Position numbers and translations under genes: made by a program
NCBI GenBank assembly: GCA_963665115.1
Contig: OY762007.1
Coordinates: 8,416,001-8,480,000, forward strand
Length of the DNA stretch: 64,000 nucleotides
DNA from: an uncultured Rivularia sp.
GTDB lineage: Bacteria; Cyanobacteriota; Cyanobacteriia; Cyanobacteriales; Nostocaceae
Direction: 5' to 3'
The notes under the pieces: generated by a model
Database searches by the model: none
What the model was told of the DNA's origin: nothing
The model's input: only the letters and a program-made list of their open reading frames with translations
Part shown: in pieces, positions 9,956 through 20,169 of the stretch
How positions within the stretch are numbered: the first letter of the stretch is position 1
Layout: every line of letters starts with the position of its first letter

Positions 9956-12520
9956 TTATTGCCAATTGCCGACTAAAATAAATGGCGACCAATAATAAGG
10001 GTGTTTGTATTTGGGATTTTTTAATAGAGATAATTGTGCTTGACGTAATGCTTCGGCTTTACTTGCATCAGTTTGAGTAAGAATGCGGTAAAATTGCGAC
10101 ATCATTTCAGATGTTGAATTATCTCGTACAGACCACAAAGTTGCAAGGGTGCTTCTTGCTCCAGAACGCACGGCAATTCCTGCTAATCCTAAAATTGCTC
10201 TTTCATCACCTTTTGCTGTTTTGCAAGCACTTAAAACTAACAACTCAATGGCTTCTTCGTCGTTATTTTTTTGAATTAATGTATTAAAATCATTAACTTT
10301 AATTTTATCATCCCAAGTTAAAACGAAGGTATCTTTAGCTTTTGAACTAAATTGTCCGTGGGTAGCAAAGTGAATTACGGAAAATGGGATATTTTTGATT
10401 TGCTTTTCGATGATATTTTTAGAAAATCTTTCGTTTAATAAAGTTTTACTGGGGACAATTTGATTAATTTGTTTAATTTCTCTTTCCACACCAGGTAATG
10501 CGGAGAAACCTTGACGGGAAACTGCTAAACCTGCGGTTAAGGTATTACGCTTTTTAAAAGAAATTGGACTTATTGGTAGAAGTTGCAATCCTGGAGTTAA
10601 AGCAATACTATATTTCTCGATTAAGTATTGTTTGCCATCATGAAGAACTCCCATTGGTAAGTTGCGTAAAGTTCCATCAAGAACAAATACTATGGTTTTA
10701 ATGTTTTGCTTTTTTAAATCATTTTCTGCGGGACGTATTAATAAATCATAAAATTTTTGAGCGGATGGTAATACGTTGGTAGACTTGAAAACTGGATTTA
10801 AATATTGTCGCAATTCCTGGAATGTTTGCAATCTTTCTTGCTGAGATAGCTTTGTGCTGTAATGTTTTAAAGGTTTTCCGGGAAGGGAAACAATTACTTC
10901 TAAACTGTTATCGAGAATAATTGGATAAATTACCGCTGCTTCTTTATCAATATTATCGATATTTTGCTTTCTTGCTGTTAAACAAGCTGCTCTAAAAAAG
11001 TTTTCTAATTCCCGCTGCTGCAATCCTTCAATTGTTAATCTAGATTTTTCTAAATATTTCTGCTTTGTTTCTTGAGGAAGTTTGTCTACATCTTGTACCA
11101 GTAATTCAACTAACTGACGATACACGGGTTCAACTTTTTTACGAAAAGAAAACTGCATATCGGAATTTTCGGAATTGACTGCAACCAAGTCACGACGTAG
11201 TAATTCTATACCTTCCACAGCTTCGGAATAAGCGGCGATCGCCCGATCTTTTTTTCCTTGTGCTTTGAGTATACGCCCTTGCTGCCAGAGTAACATGGGA
11301 ATAGTTTCTGTTGCTTGTAAATCTTGAGCTATGGTAAGTGCTTGGTTGGTTAATTGAAGCGCTTCTAACCATTGTTGATTATCTTCGTAAAGATGTCCTA
11401 ATTCTCCTAAAGCATAAGATTGAGCTTTGAAGTCTTTTAATTCTTTTGCTTGACTGACTGCTGTTGCTAATATTTTGGCTAATTCATGATTGTTGATAGC
11501 TGATGCTTTATTCTTGATATCAATTAAGTTATCAACAAAATTAACTTGAGCGTAAATTTTAGCACGACTAGAAGGGAGTTTAATTAATAAATTTCTGATT
11601 TCAGGTACAAGTGCAAGAGCTTTTTGATTTTGTTCTGTTGTTTCAAATAAACTTAATTGATTAATTTGTGCTTGTAGTTTGTTTAAAGGTGAACTAAAAT
11701 TTTCTATTACTTGTTGATAGTATTCTTCTGCTTTTTGAAAATCTTCTCTTGCTCTGGCTGTGTTACCCAATCTTAAATAAGTTTCTCCTATCTGGGAGGT
11801 TAAATTAATATCTTCAGCAATAGTTAAACTTTCGGATAAAACAGTTTGAGATTTTTCTAAATCTCCGACTACTTCTAAAGCAACACTCAAACTGAGTAAA
11901 CCTTTGCCTTTGAGTGGCAAATTATCAACAGTTTGCAAATTTTGGTTAACTTCCTCTAAAATAGTTCGCGAGCGTCGGTAAAATCCTAAACTTTGCAATG
12001 CTTGTGCTTGGTTAATTTGACTTAAAATAACACCTTGAGTATCTTTTAAAGATTTATATATAGTTTCTGCTTGTTTCCAAGTTTCTAAAGCGGCTTGAAT
12101 ATTACCTATATTTAGCTGTAAACGAGCTTGTGTATTGAGAATTTGAGCATTAATAAATCTATCGTTAATAGTTTTAGCCAGTTGCAACGATTGAGAAATA
12201 GCTTGGTTTGCTGCTTGCCATTTACCTAAATCTTGATAAACAATTGCTAGATATCTATAGCCTAAAGCTTGATTGCGTTTTTCTTTCTGTAATGAATAAT
12301 TATTGACAGCTTTTTGCCATACTTCTGCTGCTGCTGCAAAGTTTCCTTCGTCGTAGAGTTGTTTACCTTTGTTTAAAAGATTAAGGGAAGAATTTACGTT
12401 ATCGGGTGATGAAGCGATAGAATGAATGGGAATAACCGAACGCGCATTTACTATTGGTACAAAGCTAGTTACCACTAGAAAAGTTAATAATCCTAAAATA
12501 AAAATTCGTTTATTCTTCAC
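9956..12520 (-). CDS. Signal-peptide-bearing TPR-CHAT (caspase-like) protease
   Basis: Hydrophobic N-terminus ending VNA, TPR-like helices, catalytic IHFATHG and LVLSAC motifs, HPYYWSPFILVGNW end. Confidence 0.92.
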   Translation of the reverse strand: MKNKRIFILGLLTFLVVTSFVPIVNARSVIPIHSIASSPDNVNSSLNLLNKGKQLYDEGNFAAAAEVWQKAVNNYSLQKEKRNQALGYRYLAIVYQDLGKWQAANQAISQSLQLAKTINDRFINAQILNTQARLQLNIGNIQAALETWKQAETIYKSLKDTQGVILSQINQAQALQSLGFYRRSRTILEEVNQNLQTVDNLPLKGKGLLSLSVALEVVGDLEKSQTVLSESLTIAEDINLTSQIGETYLRLGNTARAREDFQKAEEYYQQVIENFSSPLNKLQAQINQLSLFETTEQNQKALALVPEIRNLLIKLPSSRAKIYAQVNFVDNLIDIKNKASAINNHELAKILATAVSQAKELKDFKAQSYALGELGHLYEDNQQWLEALQLTNQALTIAQDLQATETIPMLLWQQGRILKAQGKKDRAIAAYSEAVEGIELLRRDLVAVNSENSDMQFSFRKKVEPVYRQLVELLVQDVDKLPQETKQKYLEKSRLTIEGLQQRELENFFRAACLTARKQNIDNIDKEAAVIYPIILDNSLEVIVSLPGKPLKHYSTKLSQQERLQTFQELRQYLNPVFKSTNVLPSAQKFYDLLIRPAENDLKKQNIKTIVFVLDGTLRNLPMGVLHDGKQYLIEKYSIALTPGLQLLPISPISFKKRNTLTAGLAVSRQGFSALPGVEREIKQINQIVPSKTLLNERFSKNIIEKQIKNIPFSVIHFATHGQFSSKAKDTFVLTWDDKIKVNDFNTLIQKNNDEEAIELLVLSACKTAKGDERAILGLAGIAVRSGARSTLATLWSVRDNSTSEMMSQFYRILTQTDASKAEALRQAQLSLLKNPKYKHPYYWSPFILVGNWQ

Positions 12521-12638
12521 TGGTTATTTTATATTTTAATTTTTCCAAGTTCTATCTAAATTTAAATAAGATGTCAATATCATAGGGGGAATAAAATAGG
12601 TAGTTAATTTATATCTTTTTACGCAGAGTGACGCGCAA

Positions 12639-15627
12639 CTAACCACAATTAGTCAAGCGATTTTTAAAATGAATATTATCTTGAGGTAAATTAGCGACAA
12701 ATTCAATCACTCCGTCTTCGTTGACAATCCAACCTTGAGCTTCAACTATTGGGGTAAATTTATTTTGTTGTTGTGGTATTTCTGCGTTATTAACTTCTTC
12801 GGAAGATTCTTCAAGAGAAACTCGCCAATCTTCCACAACTACCTTAGAGCGTAAGACTTCTTGAGGGCTTTTTGGTAAACCACCCCTGCCAGTTTCAGCG
12901 AACTTATTTCCTCCATCTGCTGGGCACCCGGCTTTTATTTGCGATGAGTCGGTAACTGTTTCTGGTAACTCTTCCAATGCAGAAGTAGGATCGATATCTG
13001 GGGTATTAATTTCGACAACACCGTTAAATTCTGCTCCTAATGCAGATGTGGCAGTAATATCGCTTTCTGGGGTGAGGAAATCTCTAAACGCAATCCCAAA
13101 AAGTGCTTCCGCGTTGATAATGACTCTACCACCAAAGCTTTGTTGAGCGTTAGCAGTAATATCGCTATTTTGTAGCGCGACTAAAGTACTAGCATTAATA
13201 TCAATATTACCTCCCGTTGCAGTTTGAGTTGCATTTGTTGTTATCTGGCTTCCTTGACGCAAGCGGATATCTGCACCCGAAAGATAAATACTTCCTTTAT
13301 CTCCCGCTACAGTTTCAGCGCTGATAGCGGCATTATTAAGATAAATTTGATTTCCTTGAATGCTTAAATTCCCTGCTGCACCAACTTGTTGACTGCTAAC
13401 TGAAATACGAGCATTATCTTGCAGAGTTAATTTCCCAGTTTCAATATTCAAATCTCCTGCATTCCCGATTCCGGGAGAAACTGCTAAAAATTCCGCTGGG
13501 AAATAATTTACCTGTCTTATCTTTGACAAATTCTGAAGTTCTTATATCTAGTTTTTCAAGAGCTACAGTAGAGCCAGCTATATCAATTGCATCACCAGCT
13601 AAAATATCAACATTTCCACTTGTTCCCTTTCCTAAATTAGCAGCAGAAATTTGAGCGCCATCTGCTAAAGTAATATTTCTAGTTTTAACTAAAATATCTC
13701 CCCCTTTACCGCTGCCAGATTTATCAACTTGAGCTTGTAAACGGCTGGGAATACCTTCAAATAATCCTTGCAATACAATTGATTCAGTTGCTATGACAGT
13801 CAAATTTCCACTATCACCAGAATTATTCGTACTAACATCAATTTCTGCACCATCGCTAACAATTAAATTCTTGGTTTCTAGAAAAAGATTACCTCCCTGC
13901 TTACCCTTTGAGTTTTCTTGTAATGCAGTACCGATCTGACTGGTATACATATTTCTATCATTCTTGGTTCTACCAGTGACTTCAATCAATTCAGTAGCAA
14001 TAATATTTACATCTCCTGCATTTCCTCCTCCCCTAGAACCTGCGACAATAATTGCTCCATCTCTTACAGTTAATCTTGCCGTTTCCAAACTAATTTTGCC
14101 GCCGTTTCCCCTACCTCTTGGACGTACATCTACAACAATTCCTCCTGGTGGCCCAGTTAAATTTGCAAATTGAGAATCGCTTATTTTATTGCTGACTTCA
14201 ATAAATTCTGATGCTTTAATTGAAATTTCTCCAGCATTCCCGAAATTAGCTGTATTCGCTGATACTGCTGCACCTTCGATAACTTTTAGGCGATCGCCCT
14301 TGATAAACACTTTTCCACCATTCCCTAAACCACTGGTACCACTATCAATACCGCCAATACCTGAAAGGATAATATCCGAAGCATTAACAGTAATATTACC
14401 ACCATTCCCTGTACCGTTTCTTTCAACTCTAGAAAATATACCTTTTCTTCCTCTAATTCCTAAAGCTATGTTTTGGGGGCTGGAAATAACTTCTAATTTA
14501 TTAGTCGCTTCAACGGTTATATCTCCTGCCTTCCCAACACTACCAGTATTGGTTAATATGTTTGAATCTTTGAGAAATAAATTATTTGTTTTAATATCTA
14601 TTTTTCCCCCATTACCCAAAGAATTAAGTTCTAAAATATTCCTGATGTTACTGTCTTTGTCAATGTTAATATTTTCTTTAGCGTTAATAGATATATCACC
14701 CGCAGTTATATCTTTATTTCCCAATCCATCTTTAATCCCCGCTCGGAAGCTACTATTATTTAAAGATAAATTATTTGCATTAACTAAAATATCTCCACCA
14801 CCACCAGCTATAACATCAATATTAGATTTATTAATTAAGGAGACATCACCGAGTTTTACGTTGTCTGGAAAGCTGAAATAAATTAAATCATTATTGAAAT
14901 TAACCGTTCCAGAAGCTAATAAACCACCTAATTGAATTGTTCCACCCGGTGCTTTGATAACTGCATTATCTAAATTAATATTTCCACCAATTAAACCTAG
15001 AGTTTTACCGGGTTTTACTTCTAAATTCGCTTGTTTGAGTTGAATTACTGCGGGATTATTTCCGTACTGCAAACCCAAAGGTACGTTTATTTTTAATAAA
15101 GCTGGATTATTTGGTTGAACTGTACTGTAAATATTATCATCAGAGAAAATTAAACTTTCAGCAGTGGAACCGATAAAAGAACCTTTGACATCAAGACGAG
15201 CATCTTTACCAAAAATAATTCCGTTGGGATTGATAAAAAATAAGTTTGCTAAACCGTTTACTCCCAGAATACCGTTAATATTTGAAGTATTATTACCAGT
15301 GATGCGAGTAATAATATTATTTACATCTTGGGGATTAGCGAATATTACCTTTTGTCCGTTATTGACATTAAACTCTTGGAAACTATGAAAAAGATTGCTT
15401 TGATTTTTAACTCCACCTTCGATTGATAAATTATTTAGACTTTGGGAATTTACTTCTGACGGAGAATTACCTAAAGTATTATCAGGAGTGATTTGAGCTA
15501 AAGCTGGAAAAGTCGTCAGCGTCGAAATTACGGTTGTAAGACAATGGGTAAATAACTTTAATTTGAATTTGTTCGGAGATAAATCTGCTTTAAATTTTTT
15601 GATACCCATCAAATCGTTCACTTGCAA
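12639..15627 (-). CDS. Filamentous-haemagglutinin (TpsA-like) exoprotein, split by a +1 frameshift at ~13479
   Basis: AQITPD, NLFHSFQEF, NPNGI (TPS domain), G-N-G-G-x-I beta-helix repeats, C-terminal TGRGGLP and IVEAQGW. Deleting one base restores SSSPGIGNAGDLNI. The real start may be the ATG at 15609. Confidence 0.88.
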
Positions 15628-15807
15628 TTAGTTGGTAAATAATGAGACACAACAGCTATTTATAGTTGTTTTTTTCTAATTAGGCAAGCAGTACTTTTAA
15701 TCGTAGGCGTTTAACCGCAACGATATAACAAGAAAATCCCGCTACAGCGTAATGCTTCAGCGGGAAGGAGACTAAAATCTGTTAGTTCAAATCAAGGAAA
15801 ACTGCAT

Positions 15808-16060
15808 CTATTTCACAGTTACATCTAATTTAAAGACAATATCGTTGAAATCCATATCACCACCAAGCATATCTTCCATGCCCGATGTGTTGCCGCCCAG
15901 GTTGCGAATATGGTCTACTCCGTCAGTGTTTGCACTGATATGAGTCGGGGTCATTATCTAAAACTTCTTCAAGAGTACCCTTAGCGATGGCGAAGGGAGC
16001 AAATATCTGACCACCTTTGATTTCCCTATTACCACCGATATTGTAATTAACTACAATATT
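15808..16060 (-). pseudogene. C-terminal DUF4114-like remnant
   Basis: Hand translation ...GGQIFAPFAIAKG...ANTDGVDHIRNLGGNTSGMEDMLGGDMDFNDIVFKLDVTVK*. No start codon; abuts a dispersed repeat. Confidence 0.7.
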
Positions 16061-16150
16061 TAGTCGTCTAAAGACGACTTGGTATGTGAGCCTGGGAATT
16101 TATTCCAAGGTGGTTGTGAAGGTTAACTGAAAACGGTGCAATATGTTAGC
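16061..16150. repeat. Dispersed repeat, inverted homologue of 33295-33385
   Basis: Reverse complement TTGCACCGTTTTCAGTTAACCTTCACAACCACCTTGGAATAAATTCCCAGGCT matches TTGCATCGTTGTCAGTCAGCTTTCACAACCGCCTCGGAATCAATTCCAAGGCT. Confidence 0.8.
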
Positions 16151-16165
16151 AACCCTAAGTGGGTT

Positions 16166-16957
16166 TTAAGCCCCCGCACCAACCGCAAACAAATCCGAAC
16201 CATCGGAATTACCTTGAGCAACCTCTACTGCTGCTTCGGCTAAAGAAATATTCCCCGTCGCATCAGCCAAAAACTTATCGTTCACCAAGCTAGAGAAAGC
16301 AGTAATATCGGTATACCAATTGCCAATTACTTGACTCACAAAAGCAAGCTTCTGCTCGCTAACATTGCCAATAACTTGATAGCTAAAGCTACCGCTAAAA
16401 ATCACGATGGGAATATTCTTGTCTTTCTGATTCAAAGTCGCTTCGGTAATATTCAAAGCCAAAGGAGCGCGTTTGAGTTTGTACATTAAGTTCAAAGATG
16501 CTCGCATTGCTTCTTCTCCTTCCTCCTGCCAAGCACCCGGAGACAGTAATTTTTCGCTAATAAATTTATTCGCTGCACCTTCCTCAGCAAAAGCCACAAA
16601 ACCCCTGGGGTTAATTCCAATTGCTTGAAAATCTAAGTTTGGTAAAGCTTGCGTGAATTTATTGGTGATGCTTGGAGATAAAACTGTTTCGGTGGTTTTG
16701 TTGGCGTTACGCGAAGCGTCAAGCCCTTGGCTTATCGCCTCAGCAAAAATCACTCGATTGGGTTCGGCAACGATATTTACTCCATTTTTAAAGCTAAACC
16801 TGGCTACATTGTTATTGACAACAGGTTTTTTATCAAATTCCCATTCTCCAGGAATAATACCGCTATATTTCAGGAAATCTGGAGTGATAATCGCAGGTTT
16901 TAAGTCTTTTGCAGCGACGACTATTGCTAATTCTTGAACCGTTAATGCTTGACTCAT
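16166..16957 (-). CDS. Conserved cyanobacterial hypothetical protein
   Basis: 263-aa ORF with PAIITPDFLKYSGIIPGEW and AIGINPRG. Carries a 9-aa in-frame repeat insertion. Confidence 0.8.
   Translation of the reverse strand: MSQALTVQELAIVVAAKDLKPAIITPDFLKYSGIIPGEWEFDKKPVVNNNVARFSFKNGVNIVAEPNRVIFAEAISQGLDASRNANKTTETVLSPSITNKFTQALPNLDFQAIGINPRGFVAFAEEGAANKFISEKLLSPGAWQEEGEEAMRASLNLMYKLKRAPLALNITEATLNQKDKNIPIVIFSGSFSYQVIGNVSEQKLAFVSQVIGNWYTDITAFSSLVNDKFLADATGNISLAEAAVEVAQGNSDGSDLFAVGAGA
16707..16733. repeat. 27-nt small dispersed repeat inserted in a HIP1 site, in frame
   Basis: GCG[TTACGCGAAGCGTCAAGCCCTTGGCTT]ATCGC. Removal restores GCGATCGC and the peptide EAIANK. Confidence 0.75.
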
Positions 16958-17050
16958 GTGTATTCCCTGTAATTCAAACCTACTGTGTTTACTCTGCTTC
17001 TATTTCGGGTTGCAGTAAATTTATATACTTGAATTTAGAAGACTTCGTAA

Positions 17051-17137
17051 AGTATGGCAAGGAAAAATGAAAGTGCCAATAAGCAAAAGTTGATATGTTT
17101 TTTTCTGAAAGTTGATAAAAGTTGATAAAAGTTGATA
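17051..17137 (-). promoter_or_regulatory. Putative activator-dependent promoter: 10-bp operator repeats plus extended -10
   Basis: AAAAGTTGAT at 17085, 17117 and 17127 (GAAAGTTGAT at 17107). On the minus strand TGCCATACT, with its hexamer 28 nt from the nearest repeat. Confidence 0.55.
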
Positions 17138-17364
17138 TCTTTCCTTAATACCATTGACAAGCAAATTGATTGAGCATTAGGTTTGACTATTGCAAACCAA
17201 TAAATAATATCAATATAAATATAAATAGATTCAGTGTTTTCTTGGTTGACGGTGTAAAACGACATAAAAACATAGTTTAAGTAAGTAAAGATTGAAAGTA
17301 TTCTGATTGAGTTCCAAAGTTATTTCTTTAGACAGATGCATATAAAAATATTAATTATCAAAAC

Positions 17365-18084
17365 ATGAACAAATTATCAAAATTATTTTACAAATTATTA
17401 AGTATTAGTTTATCTTCGCAGTTATTGATATTGGCTTGTTCAGCGAAAGCAGAAGATACTCCAAAGCATAGAGGTATGATTTTACCGGCTCCAATACAAT
17501 TTGAACCACCTCCAGACGGTGAACCACCAGACACATCGGGAGGAGGTTCAAGAGATCCAGATCAAAGCAGATGTTCTTCTAATCAAAAGCCAATCAAAGC
17601 ATTGATGCCAGAAGGCAATTTTGGATGGACTTTGCAAGGAATCCCATCTATTTACGTTTATTTGCCAAAAACTACCGCAAAACAAGTAGTTTTATCATTC
17701 CAAGATGAAACAGAAGAATATCATGAAACTGCTTTTTTACCAATTAAAGCAGATAGAAGAATTGTTAGTTTTAGCTTACCAAAAGATAGACCGGACTTAG
17801 AAATAGGGAAAAACTACAAATGGAAATTAACTCTTGTTTGTAGAGATATTCCAGATGTAGAAGATCCACAACTTGAAGGTTGGGTAAAGCGTGTTGATAT
17901 AAATTCAGTCAAAGCTAATCTTCAAGGGAAAACACCCACAGAACAAGCTTACTGGTATGCCGAGAATGGCTATTGGTACGATTTGGTAAGAGTTTTATGG
18001 CAAATAAGACAAGCGAATCCTAACAACAAAAGCTTAGATTATTTGTGGTTTAGTTTATTAAAAAATTTAAATACAGATAAATAG
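17365..18084 (+). CDS. DUF928 family exported protein
   Basis: Signal peptide, F-x-PP, GGGSR...C, LEIGKNYKW, GWVKRV, YAENGYWYD. Confidence 0.9.
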   Translation: MNKLSKLFYKLLSISLSSQLLILACSAKAEDTPKHRGMILPAPIQFEPPPDGEPPDTSGGGSRDPDQSRCSSNQKPIKALMPEGNFGWTLQGIPSIYVYLPKTTAKQVVLSFQDETEEYHETAFLPIKADRRIVSFSLPKDRPDLEIGKNYKWKLTLVCRDIPDVEDPQLEGWVKRVDINSVKANLQGKTPTEQAYWYAENGYWYDLVRVLWQIRQANPNNKSLDYLWFSLLKNLNTDK

Positions 18085-18141
18085 ATATAATGTTATAGAT
18101 AATCAAAATGAAAAAGTTAAGTAATCATAAAAAAAGTAGTA

Positions 18142-19572
18142 ATGGATAATACCGATGAAATATTAGAATACATTGAAAACATCATCTATATAAAGACAGC
18201 AGAGCATCTTAATGATACTCAAAAAATAATATTACAAGAATCTTGGAATAAAACTAAAAAAACTTACGAACAGATAGCCATCGAACTTGGTTATTCTGGT
18301 AATTATATTAAACAAGGAGTTGGACCAAAATTATGGAGACTCCTTTCAAAAGCTTTTGGGGAAAAAGTTACTAAAACTAATCTCCATTCTGTAGTTAATC
18401 GATGGATCAAAAGGCAAACTGCTGGGGAAAGTTCTAATCGTGAAAACTCACTACAACTGTCTTCAGAAAAAGAAGTAGGATTACAATCTGTAGATGTCGA
18501 AGCTGCTGAATATTCATGTAAGTGCGTTTACGAGGAAAAAAAGCCTTTAGCAGGTGCAGATTTAGAATTTCCTCAAGATAGCGTACCTTTAGATTCTGCT
18601 TTGTATATAGTTAGAGGAAATCATGAAGAAAGATGCTATCAAACTATTTTGAATCCCGGTGCTTTTATTCGCATTAAAGCACCAAGACAAATGGGTAAAA
18701 CTTCTTTAATGAATAGAGTTTTAGCTTATGCAGCACAAAAGAATTATCGAACTGGGCTATTACACTTTCAACAAGCAGATTCTTCGATTTTAACTGATTT
18801 AAATCGGTTATTGCGTTGGATATGCGTCAACTTAACTCGACAACTAAAATTAGAATCAGATATTAATGATTATTGGGATGAAGAACTTGGCTCTAAAATG
18901 AGTTGTAATTTGTATATTCAAGCCTGTATCTTACAACAAATTGACAGTCCACTTGTGTTAGCTTTGGAAGAAGTTAACGAAATTATCGAGCATCCACAAA
19001 TTGGCAAGGAATTCTTTAGCTTACTGCGTTTTTGGCATGAAAGAACTAAAACAGACGTTAATTGGCAAAAGCTGCGATTACTAATGGTTCATTCCACAGA
19101 AATTTATATTCCTTTAGATATTAATCAATCTCCTTTGAACGTAGGTTTGAGAATTGAATTAGAACCTTTTGATAAAGAACAAGTTCAAGAATTAATGCAA
19201 CGTCATCAACTAGATTTGAATTCTAGTAAATTAGAAACTTTAATGGATTTAGTCGCTGGACATCCTTATTTAATCCGACTAGCATTCTACTATTTAAAAT
19301 GTCAAGAACTTACCTTTGAAGACTTATTAGAAACTGCTGCTACTGATGCAGGAATTTATCGAGACGTTTTACAAAGAAACCTGCATATTCTTCAGAAAGA
19401 TGGTGAATTAGTAGAAGCTTTTAAAAAAGTATTAGATTCAGATATACCTATTGCATTGGAACAAATACAGGGTTTCAAGCTGCATAGCATGGGATTAATT
19501 AACTATCATGGTAATCAAGTTTCCGTTAGTTGCGATTTATATCGGAAATATTTTCACGATTATTTAAACTAA
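18142..19572 (+). CDS. N-terminal HTH plus AAA_35 NTPase, putative transcriptional regulator
   Basis: HLNDTQ...TYEQIA..LGYS..YIK..GPKLWRLLS HTH-like region; IKAPRQMGKTSL Walker A; LALEEV Walker B; NQSPLNVG; GHPYL. Confidence 0.85.
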   Translation: MDNTDEILEYIENIIYIKTAEHLNDTQKIILQESWNKTKKTYEQIAIELGYSGNYIKQGVGPKLWRLLSKAFGEKVTKTNLHSVVNRWIKRQTAGESSNRENSLQLSSEKEVGLQSVDVEAAEYSCKCVYEEKKPLAGADLEFPQDSVPLDSALYIVRGNHEERCYQTILNPGAFIRIKAPRQMGKTSLMNRVLAYAAQKNYRTGLLHFQQADSSILTDLNRLLRWICVNLTRQLKLESDINDYWDEELGSKMSCNLYIQACILQQIDSPLVLALEEVNEIIEHPQIGKEFFSLLRFWHERTKTDVNWQKLRLLMVHSTEIYIPLDINQSPLNVGLRIELEPFDKEQVQELMQRHQLDLNSSKLETLMDLVAGHPYLIRLAFYYLKCQELTFEDLLETAATDAGIYRDVLQRNLHILQKDGELVEAFKKVLDSDIPIALEQIQGFKLHSMGLINYHGNQVSVSCDLYRKYFHDYLN

Positions 19573-19581
19573 ATTCCTTAT

Positions 19582-19752
19582 TTAATCCATAACTTTGACA
19601 AATCCCATACGTACAAAATCGTGTAACTTACGAATTTTTTGATTTTGTTCAAAGTTGAGACTTTGATCGGATAGCATAACTTCGCATAGCCAATTTTGGT
19701 CATGGCGAGTAATTTTACCAGTTGAAAAAATTCTTTTAATTTTATTTTCCAT
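19582..19752 (-). CDS. 56-aa small cyanobacterial protein (absent from the ORF track)
   Basis: MENKIKRIFSTGKITRHDQNWLCEVMLSDQSLNFEQNQKIRKLHDFVRMGFVKVMD*. Resembles the recalled small family RIxxxxxITRxDQ...GxxKVVD. Confidence 0.7.
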   Translation of the reverse strand: MENKIKRIFSTGKITRHDQNWLCEVMLSDQSLNFEQNQKIRKLHDFVRMGFVKVMD

Positions 19753-19792
19753 GATGAAATATTAATTTTTTTTTAACTTTATAACTTCTTCA

Positions 19793-19847
19793 AGTATGAC
19801 AAGATTAACTAAATTCGTAAATATATAAAAGCTGACAAAAGTTGATA
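19793..19847 (-). promoter_or_regulatory. Second copy of the operator plus extended -10 promoter
   Basis: AAAAGCTGAC-AAAAGTTGAT at 19827-19846 and minus-strand TGTCATACT, again with a 28-nt gap. Confidence 0.55.
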
Positions 19848-19949
19848 TATTAGTCCTTTAGTTATAGATTATTTAATCGAAAGTCTATAATTTGGGGATG
19901 GGTAATAGGTGATTGGTAAGTTATCGATAATGATTCCACGTACATCTTC

Positions 19950-20060
19950 CTAGTACAGTACGGCGTAAATAAAGCACCCATTTAAAAAGTTTGAAAGCCT
20001 TATCATATAATACTTTTTACTTCTTACTTTTGACTTTTTACTTCCGCGCAGCGGTACTAG
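19950..20060. mobile_element. MITE-like element with CTAGTAC ends and internal heptamer repeats
   Basis: CTAGTACAGTACGGCGTAAA ... TTTACTTCCGCGCAGCGGTACTAG. Confidence 0.55.
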
Positions 20061-20169
20061 CCTCATACCACAATATTGTCAAACTACTAATGATTGATTG
20101 CATTGTCGGGAGACGTAGCACTGCGCCCCGTCTCTACAACCCGTCGGAACTATAAAATAGACTATTTGG

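Noticed and set aside
13964..15388. Plus-strand ORFs of 69-230 aa
   Set aside because: Antisense shadows of the repetitive FHA gene.
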